Positions 37,589-46,507 of a DNA stretch of 64,000 nt are shown one piece after another. How positions within the stretch are numbered: position 1 is the first letter of the stretch; every line of letters begins with the position of its first letter. The notes under the pieces are model-generated. The model had not been told where the DNA came from. It saw nothing but the letters and a program-made list of their open reading frames with translations, and ran no database searches. The DNA is from an uncultured beta proteobacterium (GTDB lineage Bacteria > Pseudomonadota > Gammaproteobacteria > Burkholderiales > Burkholderiaceae_F), in assembly GCA_963710675.1 (NCBI GenBank), contig CAVQBE010000015.1, positions 82,487 to 146,486 of the forward strand, given 5' to 3'. Position numbers and translations under genes: made by a program.

Positions 37589-39280
37589 CTAGCGCAGCGC
37601 GGACGCAACGCGTGGCGCCGCGTCCCCTCGACATGCTGCGAACAGATCCAGTGATACATCACGGTCCGGGGTCTCTACATCGAGAACCCCAGCGATCGAA
37701 TGAAACAGGTGATCGTGATTGACGGGACCGCTCGCACGTTTTCTTAAGCAAGCGACATTAATATTCCGATTGCTGGCGAACTCTGGCGACAACCACCAAA
37801 GCATTGGCACCTCGAGCTGTTCCTTCGGTGCGATCGCGTACGGCATCCCGTGCAGATACAGCCCGTGTTCTCCGAGCGATTCGCCATGGTCCGACACGTA
37901 CACCATTGCAACCTCGTATCGATCGCGCTGCTGCTCAAGAAAGCCAATCACCCGCGCCACGACGTGGTCGGTGTAACGCACGGCGTTGTCGTACGCGTTG
38001 AAGATCTGCTCTTGCGAGCACTGATGCAAGTCGTCCGATTCACATGCAGGTGCGAAGTGGCGGAACTCACGCGGATAGCGCCGGTGGTAGGCGGGCCCGT
38101 GATTGCCGAGCTGGTGGAGAACGACAAACAAGTCGGAGCCAGGTTGGCGGACCAGTTCTTCCATTGCCTGCACCAGAACTTCATCGAAGCACTGTCCGGA
38201 CGAACACACGCCTGGCACGCTCACGTCGTCGAAATTGTGCGCTTCAAGGCCGGAGCACACGCCTTTACAACCTGACTGGTTGTCGAGCCACACGACGCGT
38301 ATGCCGGCGCGCGCGAGCTGCTGCGGCAGCGATTCGTGTCGGAGGATGCGAGCTTCATCGTATGCCCGGCGTCCGAATGGCGAGAACATGCAAGGCAATG
38401 AGACTTCAGTCGATGTTCCGCAGGCGCGCGTGAACGGAAAGTTGACAATGTCGAGCTTGGCAAGCTCAGGGTTGGTATCGCGCGGGTAGCCATTCAACGC
38501 AAAGTTGGCCGCGCGCGCTGTTTCGCCCACAACAAACACGAATAACAAGGGGCGCGCCGCAGCTGTTGCCGCAGGGCCGCGCGAAACAGTGAGCGGACCT
38601 TCGCGCGCCGCGGTCACGTAGACGCTCCGCTGATGGAGTGCGCGGCCGGTCGACACGACCAAATTTGCAGGCGTCAGCATGTTGCGAATTTCAGGGTGAT
38701 TGCGTAGCGTGGGTGCGAGGTCCTTGAACACCACTACGGCGGCAGTCACTGCGACTAACACCGCGACGGCGATGGTTGCAGAGCGCCAGTAGAAACCAAC
38801 ACGCCTCGGTCGTGCAGCAACGTCGACAAGCAATAACATGCCAATCGGGATAAGCGCCAACGGCAGCAGGGTCGCGAGCATGTCCACGCCGATGAGCTCC
38901 GAGGCCTCGTGCGCGTTGGTTTGCAGGACGTTGCGCATCATCGACGTATCAATCACGATGCCGTAACGGGCCATGTAGTGCGCCACGATTGCCCCAAGCA
39001 AGAGCGCAGTGCACAGCACCGCCTTCAGTGTCTTCCGGGTTGATATCACGGCGAGAACGAAGTAGTGAATTGCTGTCAGCATTACGAAGGTCAGCAGCGC
39101 CGAGCTCCATGTCAGTGCGCTGCTGAGATCGCGCCCCTGCAGTACTGCTCGCCAAAACGGGAGGTTATCGACGACTGTGATGAATGACGCGACTAACAGG
39201 ATCGCCATCTCCGCGGAGATCACTGGTTTCCAGCGCACCAGCGCGCTCGGCATCTGCACGGTCGACATCGACGTGTTCAT
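37589..39280 (-). CDS. eptA: phosphoethanolamine--lipid A transferase
   Basis: Start at MNTSMSTVQ (ATG 39280, ATGA overlap with the PAP2 gene). Five N-terminal TM helices plus a sulfatase-type domain (VVGETARAANFALNGY, VVLHQLGNHGPAYHRRYP, YVSDHGESLGE). Confidence 0.9.
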   Translation of the reverse strand: MNTSMSTVQMPSALVRWKPVISAEMAILLVASFITVVDNLPFWRAVLQGRDLSSALTWSSALLTFVMLTAIHYFVLAVISTRKTLKAVLCTALLLGAIVAHYMARYGIVIDTSMMRNVLQTNAHEASELIGVDMLATLLPLALIPIGMLLLVDVAARPRRVGFYWRSATIAVAVLVAVTAAVVVFKDLAPTLRNHPEIRNMLTPANLVVSTGRALHQRSVYVTAAREGPLTVSRGPAATAAARPLLFVFVVGETARAANFALNGYPRDTNPELAKLDIVNFPFTRACGTSTEVSLPCMFSPFGRRAYDEARILRHESLPQQLARAGIRVVWLDNQSGCKGVCSGLEAHNFDDVSVPGVCSSGQCFDEVLVQAMEELVRQPGSDLFVVLHQLGNHGPAYHRRYPREFRHFAPACESDDLHQCSQEQIFNAYDNAVRYTDHVVARVIGFLEQQRDRYEVAMVYVSDHGESLGEHGLYLHGMPYAIAPKEQLEVPMLWWLSPEFASNRNINVACLRKRASGPVNHDHLFHSIAGVLDVETPDRDVSLDLFAACRGDAAPRVASALR

Positions 39281-39945
39281 GCGCGGTTTGCCGCCAGCAG
39301 TGGCGTGAATACGAGCGCGGCGGCGAACCAATCAATTGCCGCCGCCCATAAGTTGTGGCTCACAAAATGAGCACCTTGCACAACCCGCACGGCACTGAAG
39401 ACAGCGCCCACAAGTAGTGCAGCAAGCAATCCGATGTATGCAAGCCGTGGCCGATCAACCACGCGCCCAAGAAAGTAAAGCGAGATCAGCGCAAATCCGG
39501 CAGACGCGTGACCACTCGGAAAGCAGCGGCCGGCGTTAGCCGATGCGACAAACCACTCGCGACTAAATTCAGCAAAGCCCCCATACGCTCTCAGATCCCA
39601 CGGGCAGTGGTGACCGGTCGCGTGCTTCAAGGCCAGCACGATTAGCGGACCGAGCGCCATTGCGAGCAGTGCAAGTAAAAATGCACGTTGCTCATGCGCA
39701 TTTCGGCCGCCCAGCTTGGTTGCAAACGCCGCGGCAAGCATTCCGAGCGCGACAACCCAGATCGAAATCTTTGCGAGCCGGTGACCCAGCAGTTCCAGCC
39801 AGTAGCTGTCGTGTGCTGGAAAGCGCGCCAAGTGCGCGTCGTAAAAAAGATCGGTGATTGCCCTGTCGAGGCCGCTGTCTGCAAAAAGCAAGGCAAGCAG
39901 GACCCAGGCAAGCGGCACAAGTGCCAGATGCAGTGTTAAAGACAC
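39277..39945 (-). CDS. PAP2 family lipid phosphatase
   Basis: Membrane protein with acid phosphatase motifs (FPSGHAS, VRVVQGAHFVSH). Sits directly upstream of eptA. Confidence 0.85.
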   Translation of the reverse strand: MSLTLHLALVPLAWVLLALLFADSGLDRAITDLFYDAHLARFPAHDSYWLELLGHRLAKISIWVVALGMLAAAFATKLGGRNAHEQRAFLLALLAMALGPLIVLALKHATGHHCPWDLRAYGGFAEFSREWFVASANAGRCFPSGHASAGFALISLYFLGRVVDRPRLAYIGLLAALLVGAVFSAVRVVQGAHFVSHNLWAAAIDWFAAALVFTPLLAANRA

Positions 39946-40023
39946 GCGTGACGGAGCAGAGCACAGCCGGGAAGGCTAGCTACGCACCCGTCAAACTAAC
40001 GTCGTTACATCGTTGAGTTTTCG

Positions 40024-41313
40024 TTAACTCGCTGCGCTCGCAGACAGGTTCAGCGAGAAACAGGTTCCCGACTGCGGGGTGGATTCGACTGACAGTCGCC
40101 AGCCATTGACCTCGGCCGATTGCTTTGCGATGGCAAGCCCGAGACCGTGATGCGATGCTTCTTGTCCCGCTGTGTCAACCAAGCGGCCGCGGTAGTACCG
40201 CTCAAACACGAACGGCAAATCCGCGGCTGCGATTCCCGGTCCGTCGTCGGCGATCGTCAGGCCCTCTCCGTGCCGCCGCACTACGCAAGTCGCACGCTCT
40301 GCATGCTCGGCAGCGTTGCGCAACAAGTTGCGCAGTATTGTCAGCAGCGCGTGTCGGTCGATGAGAATGACCTCTCCTGGTGGCACTTCATTAACGAGTC
40401 GCAATGTGGTGCTATTGCCGTTGTGCGTCAAACTTCTCCAGGCGTCGTCGACTAGCGCGCGCAGATCGACCCGCTCCTGTTTACCCGCCTGCCTGGATGA
40501 AAGCGCATGCAACGATTCGAGCGTGCTGGCAGCCGCATCGATAGTCGCCATCGCGCGGCCTAGACGCACCTTTTCCTCGGCGCTCAGGTGTGGAGAGAGC
40601 GAGGCCAATTCGATATCGGTTCTGACCGCAGTCAAAGGCGTACGTAACTCGTGCGCGATATTCGAGGCAAATTCACGCTGCTGGGTCGCCGCTTCTTCAA
40701 GGCCGGTGCGCACCCGGTCGAATGCTGCGAGCAACGCAGCTTCTTCGTCCGCGCTCGATTCCGACAATTGGGAACGGCCCGGCGCCCAACGTGCGAGACG
40801 CTCGGTCAAGCGTTTAAGAGGTGCGACCACCAAGCGCGCCAGCATGCTCGACAGCACAATGCCCAAGCCGATGCACAACGACCCGATGATCAGCAGCTCA
40901 ACGCCGAACTGATTTACGAGTTCCTCGTTCAGCGTCGCGTCGTACTGCACGATCAGCCGGCCGAGGGAGGTTGGCGCGACCACGACGTGAAAGACCTGGT
41001 GCGGCTCATAGATTCGATGCGAGCCGGCAGACAAAGTGTGCAACCGCGCGGGCAGCAACTCCGGATCTGCTTGACCGGCCGCCAGCAGCCAAGCAGACAG
41101 GTGGCCGCCGAGCGAAATTTCGGCACCAGCCGGTGCTTTCTGCTCACCGCTCTCGAGTCGCGCTACAAGCCGCTTGGTCTCCGAGAGCACAATCTCGTCA
41201 ACCAGCGTGTCTTCCTGCTCTTCGAGCGACAGATACGCAAGAACTCCCTGCGCGAGTACGAACACCATCACCAGCGAACTAAGAGCCCAACTAATCCTGC
41301 GTTGCAGAGTCAT
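40024..41313 (-). CDS. two-component sensor histidine kinase
   Basis: Start at MTLQRRISWAL (ATG 41313, ATGA overlap with the regulator). Two TM helices, H-box IAHELRTPLTAV, N-box LLRNAAEHA, G-box DDGPGI / GLGLAI. Confidence 0.85.
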   Translation of the reverse strand: MTLQRRISWALSSLVMVFVLAQGVLAYLSLEEQEDTLVDEIVLSETKRLVARLESGEQKAPAGAEISLGGHLSAWLLAAGQADPELLPARLHTLSAGSHRIYEPHQVFHVVVAPTSLGRLIVQYDATLNEELVNQFGVELLIIGSLCIGLGIVLSSMLARLVVAPLKRLTERLARWAPGRSQLSESSADEEAALLAAFDRVRTGLEEAATQQREFASNIAHELRTPLTAVRTDIELASLSPHLSAEEKVRLGRAMATIDAAASTLESLHALSSRQAGKQERVDLRALVDDAWRSLTHNGNSTTLRLVNEVPPGEVILIDRHALLTILRNLLRNAAEHAERATCVVRRHGEGLTIADDGPGIAAADLPFVFERYYRGRLVDTAGQEASHHGLGLAIAKQSAEVNGWRLSVESTPQSGTCFSLNLSASAAS

Positions 41314-42029
41314 TGCGCCAAGTCTTTTATGCGCAGACGGTAACCGACACCGTGCACGGTTTCCAGCCCGTCGTAGCCAGCGTCCGACAACGCGCGCCGC
41401 AGCAGATGTACCTGGCTGCGCAGCACATCGCTTTCGCGTTCGCCATCCGGCCACAACAGCGACTCGAGCTCGGCCCGGGTAACGATTCGGCCCGGATCGC
41501 GCAGCAAGCAATCAAGGATGCGCATCGGACGTGGTGGCAGATGAACCGGAGCGTCACCCACCGACACTGCACGGGTGCGACGATCGAACCGCAAGGACCC
41601 GGCCGTTACCACATCGGACACTACGGAACCGGTGGCGCGCCGGTGCAGAGCGCGTATGCGAGCCTCCAGTTCAGCCAGTGCGAAAGGCTTCGCCAAATAG
41701 TCGTCAGCGCCCAATTCAAAGCATCCGAGTTTGGAGTTGAGCTCATCGCGCGCGGTAAGCACCAACACCGGCGTGGCGATTCCCAGCCGACGGCGCATGT
41801 GATCGAGCACTTGCGTGCCGTCGAGACGAGGCAGGCCGAGGTCGAGCACGACGACGTCAAACGTCGTGCTGGAAAGCTGCGCGATTGCGGCGGGTCCGTC
41901 GTAGGCGATATCGACCGCATAGCCATGCAGCTCAAGAAACGTGACGCAATTGAGCGCAATCGTCGCCTCATCCTCGACGATCAATACGCGACAAGACGTC
42001 GCCTCCCCGTGTAGCTTGCGACTGCTCAT
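41310..42029 (-). CDS. OmpR/PhoB-family response regulator
   Basis: Receiver domain (VLIVEDE...DVVVLDLGLP...LVLTARD) plus winged-helix output (LLRDPGRIVTRAELE...VHGVGYRL). Confidence 0.9.
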   Translation of the reverse strand: MSSRKLHGEATSCRVLIVEDEATIALNCVTFLELHGYAVDIAYDGPAAIAQLSSTTFDVVVLDLGLPRLDGTQVLDHMRRRLGIATPVLVLTARDELNSKLGCFELGADDYLAKPFALAELEARIRALHRRATGSVVSDVVTAGSLRFDRRTRAVSVGDAPVHLPPRPMRILDCLLRDPGRIVTRAELESLLWPDGERESDVLRSQVHLLRRALSDAGYDGLETVHGVGYRLRIKDLAQ

Positions 42030-42135
42030 GTATCAGGCGCTTACAGAAGCTGTGTGAGTCCGAATCGTAAGCGCTGATGGACCCTCACCTCGTACTCATC
42101 GTGACGCGTGGCGACTACGACGGCAGACCTACGCA

Positions 42136-43581
42136 CTACTGCTTATTAACGTCGGATCCGTTTGCATCGCGTTTGTCCCGGATCATCTCCGCCCATAGCC
42201 CGACCGCCGCCACGACGAAGGGCAAGATGAGCAGGAACAGAAATGGACTGTCGAGTTCCGAGAACCAGCGCTGCCACAGTTCAAGATCGAAGACCTCCGC
42301 AATTGATCCGCGAAATCCCCACAGGCATCCAATCGCGACGAATGTCGGCGGCAAGGCTGCAATGAGCAGGCCTAATGGATTGATCGACTGCTCGTCGAAT
42401 GAGTCCTTCAGTAGTGAATAACCTGCCGGGTTGGGCGCGTTCGCGATAACCGTCAGGCCTCCTCCGGCTACCGCACCGGCTACCAGCGCGTACTTGAACT
42501 CTTCCGAAACCCCCTCCACTAGCGAGCCGAGGTAGGTCAGCGCCGCATTGTCTGTAATGGCGGTGAGCGCGGCGGCTCCAAAGAAAAGCGTCGAGCCATC
42601 CAAGTTTGCCAACGCTTGCTCGAGCCACCATTGCTGTTGCCCGCCGATAACTATTAGCCCGGCGAGAAAGAACGCGACCATGAGCCCTTCGCGCAACAGT
42701 AATTTGTCGTGGTAGCGCCTGTATGCCTCTGCTAATCCGAGAAAGACGAGAAAGACTCCCATGAAAACTTCTGGGTCGTGATTGGACACTACGACGGCCA
42801 CCACCAACGCAAGATTCACGAAGACGAATACGCCGGGCACACGGCGGCGCCCCGACTTATCGGAGATTGGCCGTCTCGCGAGCTCGCGCCGGAATAACAT
42901 CGTGAGTGCGAATGCGTTGATCAACACCGCAATGGCGGCCTTCCAGCCCATCGTGGCGAACATGTGAGCCGTGCTCCAGTCCCACTTGGCTGCCACCATC
43001 AGCACGGGTGGTGCGGCAAAGTTTGTGAGCGTCCCACCGATCGACACATTTACGAACAGCGCCGCCACGGTGGCGTATTTCAGTCGATTCGACGCACCGC
43101 GTGAAAAAATCTCATCTCTGAGCATCAACGCGGCGAGCGTCATGGCCGCTGGTTCAGTGATCAGCGATCCCAGCAGCGGCACCATCGACAGGCTCAGGAA
43201 ATAGACCGCTGAGCGGGGTGGAAGCGGAAGCGCGCGCGCAGTGACGGCGACTGCATCCGAGCTCAACTGCATGATCGGACGACTTGCGGCCATCACCATA
43301 ATCACGAAAACGAACATGGGCTCGACAAAGCGGCGCGAGTCGAGATAGTCCGAAGTGGTACCCCAACCCTGCGCAACCGCCATGAACACCAATAACAACA
43401 GAGCCCAGAGACCAAATACGGTTTCCACCTCGCCGAGCAGATGCCATAGACCTGCGTGGGCGGTCTTTGTATGAGCAAGGTGTTCGAAGTAGCGCGTGGA
43501 GAAGGTGTGCAATACGGCTAGCGCGAACAACAAAGCGGCAACGGTTTCGACCGATGTAATAGCGCTCGCAGGCACGATCAT
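42136..43581 (-). CDS. polytopic membrane transporter, putative Na+/H+ antiporter-like family
   Basis: 481 aa, at least 11 TM helices. N-terminus ALLFALAVLHTFSTRYFEHLAH resembles the putative Na+/H+ antiporter family as I recall it. The assignment is tentative. Confidence 0.55.
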   Translation of the reverse strand: MIVPASAITSVETVAALLFALAVLHTFSTRYFEHLAHTKTAHAGLWHLLGEVETVFGLWALLLLVFMAVAQGWGTTSDYLDSRRFVEPMFVFVIMVMAASRPIMQLSSDAVAVTARALPLPPRSAVYFLSLSMVPLLGSLITEPAAMTLAALMLRDEIFSRGASNRLKYATVAALFVNVSIGGTLTNFAAPPVLMVAAKWDWSTAHMFATMGWKAAIAVLINAFALTMLFRRELARRPISDKSGRRRVPGVFVFVNLALVVAVVVSNHDPEVFMGVFLVFLGLAEAYRRYHDKLLLREGLMVAFFLAGLIVIGGQQQWWLEQALANLDGSTLFFGAAALTAITDNAALTYLGSLVEGVSEEFKYALVAGAVAGGGLTVIANAPNPAGYSLLKDSFDEQSINPLGLLIAALPPTFVAIGCLWGFRGSIAEVFDLELWQRWFSELDSPFLFLLILPFVVAAVGLWAEMIRDKRDANGSDVNKQ

Positions 43582-43697
43582 CTCCCTTAACGAATGCCCG
43601 CAACGTACCCAGAAGCTTCCCGTCGCGATAGTCGCAAACGCGCTTACGCAAAACCCTTACTTGCCAGTGCGCATGGCGGCGGAGATACTCGCTCACG

Positions 43698-44693
43698 ATG
43701 AAGATCCTGCGTTACCTGCGCGATGCAGCGGTGTTCGCGCCCTGCTACGTCGCGCTCGACTGGGCAAGCTACGTCTACCCGCTCGGTCCATTCAACATCA
43801 CCCCGTGGAACCCGCAACCAGCGCTCGCCATTGTGTGGATGTTATTGGCGGGTTTGCGTTATCTGCCGGCAGTGGTCGTCACGATCTTCGTCGCCGATGT
43901 TGTGATTCGGCATGCTCCGGGCGGCTACGAGGTCACAGCAATGACCGCCGTGACGCTCGCGGGTGGTTATGCGGTGATTGCGCACTTGCTACGAGTGCTG
44001 CTGAGTCCCTTACGTGCGCTGCACTCGACGCGACATCTCACCATCTTTTCAGCAGTGACGATCGCCGGCACCGCGATAGTTAGCGCAGCGTTTATCGCTG
44101 TTCTCTGGACGGCTGCGCCTCTTACTGAAACTTCGTTGCTGAATGCTTGGCTGCAATTCTGGGTCGGTGACAGCGTCGGAGTTCTGGTTACTGCGCCGCT
44201 TCTACTGGCAGCTGCTGATGCGCAGAGTCGTCGTGAATTGTCCAGAGTGGCGCAGCGGCCAGAGACCATGATCCAAGCTGTTGCCTTGGCGGCTACGGTC
44301 TGGATGGTCTTCGTCGGTCTTCCCGGAGATCCCGCCCAACACTTCTATCTGCTGTTTCTGCCGCTTATTTGGATCGCACTGCGTGGGGGAATGAGCGGAG
44401 CACTGATTGCCGTGACGATTGTTCAGCTTGGAGTTGTGATTGCCATTCACCGCGATGCGACGACAACACTGCCGGTGCTCGAGCTTCAGGCCTTCGTGGC
44501 CGCGCTCACGCTGACCGCGCTCTACCTAGGGATGACGGTTGACGAACGACAGCGCAGCGCCGCAAGTCTCCGGCAAACTCTTCGGTTGGCAGCTGCTGGG
44601 GGAGATGGCTGGCGCACTCGCCCACGAGGTCAATCAACCGCTTACTGCATTAGCCAACTACGGTCGCTCGGCACAGTTGTTACTCGCCAATGA
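43698..44693 (+). CDS. sensor histidine kinase, MASE1-like membrane sensor fragment (gene frameshifted twice)
   Basis: About 8 TM helices with a MASE1-like start (APCYVALDWASYVYPLGPFNITPWNPQPALAIVWMLL). Sensible to ...DERQRSAASLRQTLRLAAAG. Confidence 0.75.
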   Translation: MKILRYLRDAAVFAPCYVALDWASYVYPLGPFNITPWNPQPALAIVWMLLAGLRYLPAVVVTIFVADVVIRHAPGGYEVTAMTAVTLAGGYAVIAHLLRVLLSPLRALHSTRHLTIFSAVTIAGTAIVSAAFIAVLWTAAPLTETSLLNAWLQFWVGDSVGVLVTAPLLLAAADAQSRRELSRVAQRPETMIQAVALAATVWMVFVGLPGDPAQHFYLLFLPLIWIALRGGMSGALIAVTIVQLGVVIAIHRDATTTLPVLELQAFVAALTLTALYLGMTVDERQRSAASLRQTLRLAAAGGDGWRTRPRGQSTAYCISQLRSLGTVVTRQ

Positions 44694-45009
44694 TGATGTG
44701 GCTTTGAACGAACTTTCGGGGGTTATCGAGAAAATGCTTTCTGAAGGAAAGCGTGCTGGCGAGGTAGTTCGCCGACTGCGCGACTTCTTCCGCACTGGAA
44801 CGACGCAGCTCGAGTTAGTGTCCGTGGATCAAATCCTTGCTACCGCGCAAAGCATCGGGCAGCACCTAGGGGGATCTTCAAAGGGTATCTTGATCGAGAC
44901 AGGCAGAGAAGGCGAGCTGCCGGCTCTGTTCGTCGACCGCTTACAGATCGAACTTATTCTGCGCAACTTGATGTCTAACGCAATCGAAGCGATCGGTGAG
45001 CGTAGCTGA
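44539..45009 (+). CDS. same histidine kinase, DHp/HisKA fragment
   Basis: LGEMAGALAHEVNQPLTAL H-box and N-box ILRNLMSNAIEA. The junction with the previous fragment is at the G5 run 44598-44602. Confidence 0.8.
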   Translation: MTNDSAAPQVSGKLFGWQLLGEMAGALAHEVNQPLTALANYGRSAQLLLANDDVALNELSGVIEKMLSEGKRAGEVVRRLRDFFRTGTTQLELVSVDQILATAQSIGQHLGGSSKGILIETGREGELPALFVDRLQIELILRNLMSNAIEAIGERS

Positions 45010-45271
45010 TGAGCCGGGACAAATCCAAGTAATGGCTCAGCAGCACGATGCGCAGCATGTGCGCTTGACCGTCACGGACAACGGACCAGGCGTGTCCGAA
45101 GGCGTGCGCGAGCGACTCTTCGAGCCTTTTTCGTCGGATAAGTCGCGTGGTATGGGGCTCGGCCTTGCAGTCAGTCGCGCGATTGCGGAGGCGCATGGCG
45201 GGTCACTGGTCGCGCGCGCCGGCGAGCGGGGCGAATTTCATCTTGTACTCCCATGCAATCAGACAGCTTGA
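44996..45271 (+). CDS. same histidine kinase, ATP-binding fragment
   Basis: VRLTVTDNGPGVSEGVRERLFEPFSSDKSRGMGLGLAVSRAIAEAHGG contains the G1/F/G2 boxes. Junction at about 44990-45000. Confidence 0.8.
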   Translation: MSVADEPGQIQVMAQQHDAQHVRLTVTDNGPGVSEGVRERLFEPFSSDKSRGMGLGLAVSRAIAEAHGGSLVARAGERGEFHLVLPCNQTA

Positions 45272-45879
45272 CGGTTTTCATCGTTGACGATGATCCGAGC
45301 GTGCGCGATTCAATTGCGCTGATGCTAGGGCTGCTCGGCTTCCGTACGGCAGTATTCGCTGACGCTGAGGGGTTCCTGTCTGCGTACCAGGACGACTGGA
45401 GGGGCTGTGTGGTCGCTGATTTGCGGCTCCCGGGAAAAAGCGGCCTCGAGCTTCAAGCGGAACTCGGTGCTCGCGGCAGCACGCTGCCGTTTGTCATCAT
45501 TACCGCGCACGGCGATGTGCCGTCAGCGCGGGCGGCGTTCCAAGCGCAAGCGATCGACTTCCTGGAGAAGCCGTTTGACGACGAGCAACTGCGGGCCGCG
45601 ATACTCACCGCGTTTTCCCTCGAAGGGCGTCGCATTCAGCGTGCCGACGATTCTCGCGGCGACGCCGCGCGCTTGGCAAAGCTCACGTTAAGAGAACGTG
45701 AGGTCATGGAACAAGCGGCCGCAGGCTTGCACGCCAAGGAGATTGGGGCCACCCTCGGAATCAGCCCGCGCACAGTCGAGGTGCACAAGACGCGACTGAT
45801 GGCAAAGCTGGGGGTACGCAATGTAGCGGAGCTTGTCCGTTTTACTTTAACGACAAAATCGCAACCTTCGTCTGACTGA
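45253..45879 (+). CDS. LuxR/FixJ-family response regulator
   Basis: Receiver domain (VFIVDDDPSVRDS...VVADLRLPG...ITAHGD) plus LuxR HTH (LTLREREVMEQAAAGLHAKEIGATLGISPRTVEVHK). Confidence 0.9.
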   Translation: MQSDSLTVFIVDDDPSVRDSIALMLGLLGFRTAVFADAEGFLSAYQDDWRGCVVADLRLPGKSGLELQAELGARGSTLPFVIITAHGDVPSARAAFQAQAIDFLEKPFDDEQLRAAILTAFSLEGRRIQRADDSRGDAARLAKLTLREREVMEQAAAGLHAKEIGATLGISPRTVEVHKTRLMAKLGVRNVAELVRFTLTTKSQPSSD

Positions 45880-45913
45880 TCGTTGACCAGGTGAACTGCA
45901 ATAATCCGAGACG

Positions 45914-46291
45914 GTGACGAACTACCTGCTCGTGTTTCTCGGGGCCGGGCTGGGAGGCGCTTTAAGACACGCCGCTAACGAGCTCGCCATGCGCTGGTTT
46001 GGAGGCGCCTATCCAGTGAGCACGCTCGCGGTGAACATCGTCGGCTCGTTCGCGATGGGATTACTCGCGGGTTACTTTGCATTTCGCGCGGAGACAGGGC
46101 AGGTCTGGCGGCCATTCCTGGCAACAGGAATACTCGGCGGCTTCACAACCTTTTCTGCGTTTTCTCTCGAGGTAGTTCTGCTGTACGAGCGCGGAGCGGT
46201 CATGCAAGCTGCGCTGTACATAGTGCTCTCGGTTGGACTTTCTGTAGCCGGTCTGATGCTTGGTTTATGGTGCTTTCGCCAAGCAGCCTGA
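45914..46291 (+). CDS. crcB: fluoride ion channel CrcB/FluC
   Basis: 125 aa, four TM helices, GGFTTFSAFSLE signature. GTG start. Confidence 0.9.
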   Translation: MTNYLLVFLGAGLGGALRHAANELAMRWFGGAYPVSTLAVNIVGSFAMGLLAGYFAFRAETGQVWRPFLATGILGGFTTFSAFSLEVVLLYERGAVMQAALYIVLSVGLSVAGLMLGLWCFRQAA

Positions 46292-46366
46292 GTCCGTAAG
46301 CGATCAATCATCGCCCATAGCGCCGCGCATCGCGATGTGCCAGCTTGCGCGTCTGCTAATCAAGGG

Positions 46367-46384
46367 TCTTGACGAAGGTCAAGA
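46367..46384. promoter_or_regulatory. palindrome upstream of the ABC efflux operon (possible operator)
   Basis: TCTTGAC-GAAG-GTCAAGA, a perfect 7-4-7 palindrome 124 nt upstream of the adaptor gene start. It also contains TTGAC, a -35-like sequence. Confidence 0.25.
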
Positions 46385-46507
46385 ACGACTACGGCGGGTA
46401 ACCCCTCGCTGAATTGCGCGGAATCCGAGACGTTGTGCCTTGTCAACAGACGCGCGTTCATCGTCCGCTAATCTGCGTTCGTTGTTGACCGAGGATTAGC
46501 AATACAC

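Noticed and set aside
39946-40023. PmrA/OmpR-type direct-repeat box upstream of the PAP2-eptA pair
   Set aside because: Only loose AACG repeats with irregular spacing (11 and 8 nt) were seen. That is not enough to call a binding site.
45880-45913. Fluoride riboswitch upstream of crcB
   Set aside because: Only 34 nt separate crcB from the upstream regulator gene. That is too short for the crcB motif RNA, and no conserved riboswitch core was seen.
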